In this document: positions 39,164 through 47,324 of the stretch, in pieces
How the letters are laid out: every line of letters begins with the position of its first letter
Position numbering within the stretch: the first letter of the stretch is position 1
NCBI GenBank assembly: GCA_002245135.1
Contig: NGBS01000322.1
Span: 1-64,000 of the forward strand
Direction: 5' to 3'
DNA: 64,000 nucleotides
Source of the DNA: Proteromonas lacertae
Taxonomy: Eukaryota
The notes under the pieces: generated by a model
Seen by the model: the letters and a program-made list of their open reading frames with translations, nothing else
Database searches by the model: none
Told to the model about the DNA's origin: nothing
Program-made: the position numbers and the translations under genes

Positions 39164-39605
39164 TGGGACTATGGCACAATGTCACAGAGTCCCATTTACG
39201 TAAGGTTCCTACGGGATTCCTCCTAACAGGGTCTTCTTCCCTACGGTTACTCCTGGAAGCTATCTAGAAGCGTTGGTTACCTCGAGGTGATGATTCTAAT
39301 CACGCTCTTGACTCTCCTTGCTACGCTGGTGACCTTGTAAGGGCTTTTAATTGAACCGTGGAAACCAATCGTGGAACAGGGAGTTTACAATTGTTAAAAA
39401 GTTACCAAAATGGTAACTCCGGGAGGTTCTAGCTAGTTGTGGATTTCTCAAGGGCCCTTAAAGATAATGATTAGCAATCTCGGGAGCTTCCTAGAGGTAA
39501 GTTACAATAACCTTATAATTCACCTAGGTAAAGTGTTCCAATGCTCAACAATTGTCCGGGAAAAATGAGACTGCTAGATCGTAGAAACTACGGGGGTTCT
39601 ACGTT
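39160..39605 (+). repeat. Terminal inverted repeat of GC-richer element starting with an 11-bp-stem imperfect palindrome
   Basis: TAAATGGGACT...AGTCCCATTTA at 39160-39198; remainder matches 33982-34463 inverted. Confidence 0.93.
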
Positions 39606-39693
39606 CTGAAGAGCATGGAGGATGCTGAGAAGTCAACACTCCGAGAACTCCATAGTCGTACTTTTCTTGGAATCGCTGATAAGTAAAATTACC

Positions 39694-40308
39694 ATGGCTA
39701 GCAATATAGATTCTAGTAGTTTTGCGAAGCTTTCCAGGGATGAGTTAGAAGCATTGATCATCAAGGTCGAGAAGGAACAACAAGAGCTGAAAGAGCATAA
39801 GGAGAAGGCAAAGGGTAAGGCTTCGGAAGTAACTTCAAGGAAGCGTAAGTTCAATGATAAGTACTACATCCGATGCATCGATCAGGAGTCAGCTAAGGAA
39901 TGTCTCGCGCTTACCAAGGAGATGGAGGAGTACTTCAAAGAGATCACAGGCATGACTGATGAGGAAGCTTTCGTGATCAACAGCCAGGAGGAAATAATGA
40001 AGGCTGTGAAGATAAAGTCCATCGCTGATTACCTATTGAAGTCCTTGACCTTACAAGTACAATTCAAGGAGTCAGAGGATCGCAGCAAGACCTCATTCCC
40101 GATACTACCTTACAACTACGAGGTATTCTTAACTAAACGCAACCAAGGAAAAGCACTCAGCAAGAGGATGAAACTCAAGATGGAAGCAGCTGTTCATGAC
40201 AACTTACCAAGAGAAGACAACTCCCTTGATAGTAAACCCTCGGAAGAAGCAACAACCCAACAAGACAATTTATCAGAAGCAGAAGATGACTTTAACGAGG
40301 CCTTCTAA
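39694..40308 (+). CDS. Hypothetical coiled-coil protein
   Basis: Intact ORF (probable start MASN). Confidence 0.6.
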   Translation: MASNIDSSSFAKLSRDELEALIIKVEKEQQELKEHKEKAKGKASEVTSRKRKFNDKYYIRCIDQESAKECLALTKEMEEYFKEITGMTDEEAFVINSQEEIMKAVKIKSIADYLLKSLTLQVQFKESEDRSKTSFPILPYNYEVFLTKRNQGKALSKRMKLKMEAAVHDNLPREDNSLDSKPSEEATTQQDNLSEAEDDFNEAF

Positions 40309-40878
40309 TTAACAGTACTCCAGGACATAGAAGCAAGGATGAACTAACACCTTAAGTAATGTTTTCTCTTGGCTCTGTTGGACTGTTTGCTTAAAACACT
40401 TCATAAGACTGACAGAGGATAGCAGGCACTTGAAGTAATGATAGGAAGAGTCCTTAGAAGTCTCTTGCTCAATGTCCTCCATAGGTTGATCAGGACTGGT
40501 AAGTAGCTCCATCATGTTGAAGTCAAAGGAATCGTAGGAGAGTACCTGATGATCATACTCAATAACCTCAAGTAGATCCAAGGACATTGTAAGCACATCC
40601 TTCAAGGAGTTGATAAAGGACTGATGAAACATCCCTGGCCATTGCACCGGCCTTACATTATTCAACTCAACCTTGATGAAGCCATCGGAAGATGATCGAT
40701 CAAAGGAGTAAACACTCCCGTAAACAACAAAGCTAAAGAACATATTCAAGGTGTTCACGGTCTTCTCCTCCATACTGTTGATGAACTTACAAGGATAGTT
40801 ATCTCGGAGAAGTGTAGCAAGGTGATCATCGTCAGGTAAAGGACTAGAGGAAGTGTCGGGAGATTGATTGCAGCTCAT
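40309..40878 (-). CDS. Hypothetical protein
   Basis: Intact ORF whose stop abuts the convergent stop at 40308. Confidence 0.6.
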   Translation of the reverse strand: MSCNQSPDTSSSPLPDDDHLATLLRDNYPCKFINSMEEKTVNTLNMFFSFVVYGSVYSFDRSSSDGFIKVELNNVRPVQWPGMFHQSFINSLKDVLTMSLDLLEVIEYDHQVLSYDSFDFNMMELLTSPDQPMEDIEQETSKDSSYHYFKCLLSSVSLMKCFKQTVQQSQEKTLLKVLVHPCFYVLEYC

Positions 40879-40948
40879 TACAATGCACGATAAAAATCAA
40901 GGACTAGAGAAGCTCAATCAATAATTTCCCAAGATAAAACATAAGGAC

Positions 40949-41357
40949 ATGGACACCAAAGTTATAAGCAATATTGTAATCCCTTCAGCTCACTTGCAAC
41001 CCAAAGAAGAAGAAGAAGACAAGACCGAGGATAACCATGAAGGAGATATTCAAGAAGTCGAAGACCAAGGAACTGCACACACTTTAACACCATTGACAGA
41101 GTCACAATCAAGTGAATTATCCATGGAAGTCAAGACTGAAGAAGTTAAACAACCAGAGTTAGAAAGAGACCGAAGTAGTCATCACTTACACGATGAACAA
41201 GACCTAGATGCTGAGCTTATTGAAGACATGACTGATAAAGAGATTACTAGCTTAGAAAACACCTTGAGGAACTTATCGAGGTAGTGAAGGAGTCTAAAGA
41301 TGAAGACAAGGATAAGGATGATAACAACGAGATCCAGGAAGTAAAAGACTCTGAGTA
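40949..41357 (+). pseudogene. Acidic hypothetical protein, frameshifted
   Basis: ORF 40949..41284 continues in another frame as LEELIEVVKESKDEDKDKDD. Confidence 0.5.
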
Positions 41358-41448
41358 AAGTGCTCATAAGGAGGTACTCATAAGGAGGAACTAATAAGGA
41401 GGAACTCGCAAGGAGGTTCTTACAGTATCTCTTTTCTCAGGAGTAATC

Positions 41449-41992
41449 ATGAACAAGTTCAAGAGATTCAACTTAGCTGATAGACGAAGAGTACTTATTA
41501 AAGGCAATGGAGTAGCCAAGGATGATTACAATGACCTTCATGAAGCTTACTTACAATCACTAGCAAGAGAACGTCAAAGAGCTATCTCCTGAAGAAGGAA
41601 TCGAAGGATAGATGAACTCCTAGGAATGCTCAGAGACTACAACACGGAACATCCGATGATGGGTAAGGATGCATAACTCCAAGGAGCTTGCAATGTAGCT
41701 AATGACTATCTTTCTGCCTTGGAAAACAATGAGTTGATGAGTCAAAGGATGGCAAGATCGTTGATCCCCAAGAAGACCAAGAGAAAGAACAAGAGAGTTG
41801 CTTACAGGGAATAAGTATGTTAATGATAGCAAGTATGAATATGGAGAAGAGAAGTCAGAAGATGAAGCTCCCGAGGATGACTCAGGTAATGAAAATGACT
41901 CCTTAGACAACTACTGAGACTATGATGAAAAGTTCGACGAGGAACTTAACAGTGCTATGAAGAAGAAGAAAGCTCTTAAAGCGATAACATAA
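41449..41992 (+). pseudogene. Basic/acidic putative core protein (not in ORF track)
   Basis: MNKFKRFNLADRRRVLIKGNGV...; in-frame TGA 41590, TAA 41674, frameshift ~41810, TGA 41915. Confidence 0.55.
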
Positions 41993-42038
41993 GCATGTCT
42001 ATCCCCAGTAATTCTTTTCCCTTAAGTATAGTCTTGTT

Positions 42039-42233
42039 ATGACTAAGAAACTCAACAAGAAGCAAAAGGCAAAGCTCAAGGAGCTGATCATCAAGAGATT
42101 GAAGCAATGTAAAGCAACTCCTAGCAGTCACTACTCTGACCTTTACAAGAAGTACTACCAGGCAATCATTGATCATTACAAGGATGTCGATATCAATGTC
42201 CATGGCAATGAAATAGACTCCTCCGATCTCTAG
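42039..42233 (+). CDS. Small basic protein
   Basis: 64-aa K-rich ORF in a co-oriented gene run. Confidence 0.5.
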   Translation: MTKKLNKKQKAKLKELIIKRLKQCKATPSSHYSDLYKKYYQAIIDHYKDVDINVHGNEIDSSDL

Positions 42234-42259
42234 TAATCCATTTCTCTCTAGTAAAGACG

Positions 42260-43282
42260 ATGAGAAGCAAGGCAAGTAGCAAGAGTCCCAAGAAGGTAAA
42301 GACAAGTGATGATCCTCTGGTGATCATCAAGAAGCAATTGTTGGAGGAGTTCAATAAGAAGGTTGAAGGTATCACCGATGTTAAGAAGCTCTCAGCAATG
42401 ACCGTGAAGATGATGGAGAACAACACCAAGGCAATGGAAGGTAACAATCAGCAGATAGTATCGATGAACTAAACCTCCGGCAATATACAATCAGGTACTA
42501 TGGTAAACAACTCCCCAGCAAGAGAACTTTACAAGGCCAAAATGATTAACCAGTACTGTAAAGCCAACTACTATAACTACCGAGACTTTGTTGGTAACAT
42601 CAACACTCCAGCTTCAGGGAATATCTCAGCACTCTATCCCAATCAATCAACTTACTATCGTAATCCATCGGTAAGTCTTCCTAGTTTACAGCAGCAGGCT
42701 AAACAAAATCAATGGATGAGCAATCCCCATCTAGTCTATCAACAGAACACTGCCCAGATCAACAACGTTCTTAGCAACTTACAATCAATGATCGAGAAGT
42801 GCAAGTACGCAGCTCCTGATCAGAAACCATTGATCAGGACAAGCATAATCAGCTTCATCGAGAACTTAAGGAACGCTACCAACACCGGAGCTACGAACAG
42901 TGATGTTACCAGAGCAGTCTTCAATTATATCAACAACCATGAGATCAAAGGCCTCTTGAACTTCTCCGATGAGATGATCAAGACTTCCTTTGGACCGACA
43001 ATGTACCAGAGCTTCATGGACGTCACCAACAACACGATCGAAGCAGTCGGAACCACTGCAGACTTCGGAAGGAACTTATTTAACCTCAGAGATGCTTACA
43101 ATAAAGGAACCTTATGGAGCAACCCACAACAAGTGATTGGAAATGCTGCTGGGTTAGTTCAGAACCTTGGCAACTTTGGAACATCCCTGGACAATGGCTT
43201 TCAAGCAGTCAAGAGACTCTTAGGATATGGCAAAGTAGGAAGAAGAATCCCCTTATGGAAGCTTTACCGAAGACGTAGGTAA
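42260..43282 (+). pseudogene. N/Q-rich putative virion core protein with one in-frame TAA
   Basis: ORFs 42260..42472 and 42500..43282 are in the same frame separated only by TAA 42470; amphipathic G-rich C-terminus, LLGYG and terminal RRRR. Confidence 0.6.
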
Positions 43283-43335
43283 GAGACTTATGGTAAATCG
43301 TTATTCAGTCTTTCTCTAAGTTCATTTACTCGGAC

Positions 43336-44298
43336 ATGTCCAACCAAACAATAACGATCAGCATTAGCTCAGCTAGAAGAATTGCCCAGAAGAATAAGTA
43401 CGAATTGATCATTGCTATCCCCACCGATGTAAGGAAGGACAACTACAAGTACATTGCCTTGAAGTATGCTAGCATTCCCAACTCCTTCTATGTTGTCCAA
43501 GAAGGAGTCAATGACCAGATGACCTATGTCTTTCAGATCGCTATCCGTACTGCAGGAGATAAGTATGAACACGTAGAGTTCAACTACAACATGACAATCC
43601 CTCAAGGAGACTATAGTGGTGATGAGCTCCTTGCGATGTTCAATAGTCCCTTTGAGAAACTCACTCAAGGAGAAGTTATCAAAGTGATAAAGACCGTCCA
43701 TCCAGAGTTAGAAGCAAGTAGTACCGGAAGCAACCTCCTTATGTTCGATCCATCAACAGCCTTTGATAAGAAGAAGTGCACGTCCTCTGATCCTCATCAT
43801 ATCCACACAACTAATTTAACCTTTACAGGAGCTAATAATGTCATCGGCCTTAAAGCAAACAACATCGCTGGTAATGAGTATACAGGAGCCTTCATCAGCT
43901 CTATCAAGTTAAAGTCTCCAGGGATTGCTTATCGATTCCTCGGGATGGGAGATACTCAATATGTCCTAGCTGATCATCAACACACTTCATCCGGTCTATT
44001 GACTTACAAGTATCCAGAAGTAACATTGCCTGGAGAGCCTACGATCATCTGGGTAGACTCTGTAAGCATCAGGATGGACATGGTGAACCAAGATCAAGAC
44101 TCCAAGATCCTAGAAACTTTCCCTATCGTGGACTTTACCCAGCCTTACATTGCCTTCAACAACAACGATCTCATCTCCCGAGCAAAGCAATTAGGTAACT
44201 ACACGGAAGGTCAAGTAATCGTTAGCATTACCCAACAAGATGGCTTCCAGCTAGAGCTCAAGATGCATGACTACAACTTCGAGGTAGCCTTATTCTAA
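43336..44298 (+). CDS. Minor capsid (penton-like) protein, GC-richer family
   Basis: Intact; IPNSFYVVQEGVND...IPQGDY; PTIIWV.S..IRMD.VN.DQDS shared with 35831 gene. Confidence 0.72.
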   Translation: MSNQTITISISSARRIAQKNKYELIIAIPTDVRKDNYKYIALKYASIPNSFYVVQEGVNDQMTYVFQIAIRTAGDKYEHVEFNYNMTIPQGDYSGDELLAMFNSPFEKLTQGEVIKVIKTVHPELEASSTGSNLLMFDPSTAFDKKKCTSSDPHHIHTTNLTFTGANNVIGLKANNIAGNEYTGAFISSIKLKSPGIAYRFLGMGDTQYVLADHQHTSSGLLTYKYPEVTLPGEPTIIWVDSVSIRMDMVNQDQDSKILETFPIVDFTQPYIAFNNNDLISRAKQLGNYTEGQVIVSITQQDGFQLELKMHDYNFEVALF

Positions 44299-44349
44299 GT
44301 TCCTTTCCATTGAATCATTTCCTTTGTGTATTCTAAGGAGTTATTAGCA

Positions 44350-44865
44350 ATGTCAACTCAAGTGATCATCCCCGAGGAGCAACAACATGCTCCTATCATC
44401 CCAATTATGAACCCACTCTACCAGACGATAAAGCTTACTCCTACTCAATCTTATCCTAAGGTCGACTGCCCAGAGCAAGGCATGACTCCTGAGATCACCT
44501 TTGAACTCCCTGGTAATTACTGCAGCAACTTAAGCAAGAGTTACATCCAGTTTTACGTTGACTATTATGGTAGCAATGGAAAGACTATGGAACCTGATAT
44601 TAAGAATGCTGATAAGTCAGGGGATTGGAAGTTCTTTTACGATACTTACGTGTTATCCAACTCTTATAACTTAACCGAGATCAAGGTCTACAACTCCAAT
44701 GGAGTTCAGTTACTGTATGCAGATCATCAGTATGAGTTGTTCCGACAAATGATGGTTCAAGTGGCAAGGAAGAACATTGATAAGTATAATCAGAAGGTTT
44801 ACTTTGATGGCTGTTATGCTGAGGAAAGCATATACACTGAGGACTATGAAGTCAAGGAGTTTAAA
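44350..44865 (+). pseudogene. Major capsid protein-like, paralog B, 3' truncated
   Basis: FELPGNYCSNLSKSYIQF; similarity to the other two MCP-like genes stops at ~44860. Confidence 0.72.
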
Positions 44866-45086
44866 GTAGAAAAATTAAAGGACTAGCATTACCGACATCT
44901 CGTAAAGATCTTCCTTGTGTCAGTGATCTGGTGAATCGTTCCTCGGAGTTGTACTTGCCATTGAAGTGTATAAGTAACACTTACAAAGATGTTATTATCG
45001 GTGCTATCCATAGACGAAAGAACCCAATATCAAAAGTAAATGATAAACAGTAAAGCCTTAAGAAGAAGTTAAGTACTAGGAATTAA
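44865..45086 (+). pseudogene. Probable C-terminal tip of a diverged pPolB
   Basis: RKIKGLALPTSRKDLPCVSDLV...CISNTYKDV...KNPISKVNDKQ aligns with RCKGINVKVSRKITYDIYNDFV...QIKSIHHNV...KTGLTYY of ORF 9069. Confidence 0.5.
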
Positions 45087-45911
45087 GCCGATGTTGAAGT
45101 CATTGAAATAGCTGCTGGTTGCTCAGGGTTCTGAGGAGGCTCTTGAGGCTGTTGTTGTTGTTGTTGAACTCCTTGAGGTGCAACTACTTGAGCAGGAGTA
45201 GTAGGAGTATGAATAACTCCTTGAGGAAGCATCCCTTGAGGGAACTGAGGTTGTGGAGGCTGATAAGCATTCATGGAGATGTCCTTGATCTCATAATGAG
45301 TCCTTGATCACTAGCAAGAACATGAAGACTTTACCGACATTGCTATAGATGTTCTGTTTAAAGGCCAAGAGCTTCTTGTTGCCTCTCTTCCAGAGAGTTG
45401 CATTGAGAGTACCTGATCGAGGAGTTGAAACATAGGTGGTGTTGGTGATCTGAAGATGCTTAGGGAAGTTTGGATCTTGTTGAGTTGCCATGGCCACGTT
45501 GTATCGTAAGCTCTTGATAAACATCTCGGTGTTGTTGGAGTCAATGAAGAAGGACATCACCCTGGTAACATTCAACTGGAGGTAGTAGTTGGTATCATAC
45601 TCGGAGATCTTTTCAACCATGGCTTCAACGTAGAAGGGTACTTGATCTTGCTTAAGGAAGTAGTGTAAGTACTTACCACAGATACGGAGCTGGGGCTTCT
45701 CAGGTTGTAATTGTCGTTGTTGTTGGGCAGCTCCGGGAAATGCAAAGGAATTTGAAGGAGCAGATGGAGACATCATCATCACTGGCTGAGATATCACGGG
45801 TTGATTCACCATTGGCAACACTGAAGCTGGATTGAAAGAAGGAGCTGTCATAGGAGCAGGCATTGCTGGGTAAGGAACTTGTTGCATAGCTGGTTGATTG
45901 AAACAGTTCAT
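45083..45911 (-). pseudogene. P/Q/M-rich hypothetical protein, frameshifted
   Basis: ORF 45291..45986 (probable start ATG 45911) joins ORF 45083..45274 by a frameshift at ~45300. Confidence 0.6.
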
Positions 45912-46393
45912 AGGAAACGATAAGTAGTGAAAGATAAGATCGACCAAGAAATATATGACTGAAGTAAACCTAAGATGAACCTTCAAAGGGATCGTAGAAC
46001 CATCCTAGTCTTTACAATTGGTTTCCACGGTTCTGTAGATGAACTTTTCTTTGGAAGAGTTCTTCTAGTAGAATACTCCTTGAAGATCATCCTGTAAGAG
46101 TTCTTCTTTAATTAGATTATCCATATATGAAATTAGAACCTTTATTTACTATTATTATAAAATTCAATTCATAATCACCACTATTAATACATTCGATTAA
46201 CTCTGGAACAGCTTTATCAACCACTTTAGTACCAGTGTGAAGCTCTTTCATCATTTAAAAATAAAAAAAGAAATACTTGAGTTTTATGATATGTATAGGA
46301 GTTAAGCATATCCTCATCATGAGAATTCTTTTTAATTTTTAGATTTTCATTTTACATAAAACTAAAACAATATAAACAAAAGAATTAATATTT

Positions 46394-47258
46394 TTAGTGA
46401 TATAAAGAAATAATATAATTTGTGGGGTTTATACCAACTATTAGACATAGAATGCCAAGTATCAACACTATCAACACTGGAGTAAAAAATACTTCTGATC
46501 TTTCAATAAAAGGAATGTAAGAATAACCTAAAGTAGTTATTGCACAATAAACTACAACAGCTGTAGCATATAGCAGTACACTTAGAAATGTTGAGATTGA
46601 TTTATTTGTCAATAGAATAGGTAATAAAAAATACTATAAGTATATATATAAATTATATACTTGTAAAACGTATATAATGAGGAAATACGGAAAGAATGAA
46701 TTACAATGAACATCAAAAGCATAAAGCCATTCTACTCTTTGTTCAATACTGTGTGAATGATGAACTCTTAAATATGAATTTGCAATAAGCCAACAGATTG
46801 TACATATAATACAACCTACAAGAAGATAATGCCCAATAGAAAATAATATTGTGTAACTAATGATATATATTAATAAGTTTAATACATACATTATTCTATT
46901 TCGAAATGCAACTCCATATGCTAAAGAAGCAATCTATTAAATAAATATACAAATATATACAATTAAAAGGAACAGTTGAATTACTACAAATGCAGGATCA
47001 TCTCTTGCCCATTGATCTTTAGTTTCTACAATATAAAAGTGAAGAATAGTACGTTTTCTATAGGAAGTCATCTTAAAACTACAATAAAATATCACAAATG
47101 CAAATATACACAGTGCTTGGTTCATAGCATAGCTTTATCATCTGTGAAAAGGCATAATCATAATCCATCTGACTAACTTGACAAAATCTTCGTATATAAT
47201 ATCCAAATCCTCTATTATAGGAATATGCAGTGCTAACAGAAGTATTTAACGGAAGCAT
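46394..47258 (-). CDS. UNC50: UNC-50 family Golgi membrane protein, multi-exon
   Basis: Spliced YRKQTKDQWARDDPAF and VEWLYAFDVHCNSFFP; short GT-AG introns. Confidence 0.93.
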
Positions 47259-47324
47259 TCAGAGTAATTCAACAAACTATAAGAAAAAAAAGTTTGATGA
47301 GGTTTGAATTTCTTTTTTGAATGA

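Larger units (their letters stand above)
39160..46115 (+). mobile_element. GC-richer Polinton/Maverick-like virus, arm B (TIR, core-like genes, minor capsid, MCP, internal deletion, PolB C-terminus)
   Basis: Shared TIR, same codon style as arm A, capsid gene pair. Confidence 0.82.

Noticed and set aside
41367..41416. AAGGAGG as Shine-Dalgarno sites implying bacterial or phage origin
   Set aside because: Part of a tandem repeat, wrong spacing to ATG, and the gene set is eukaryotic-virus type
35831..42472. Alternative genetic code (TAA/TAG = Gln) for the viruses
   Set aside because: Genes also end in TAA/TAG, TGA stops and many frameshifts occur, and CAA/CAG are used freely; mutational decay explains the pattern
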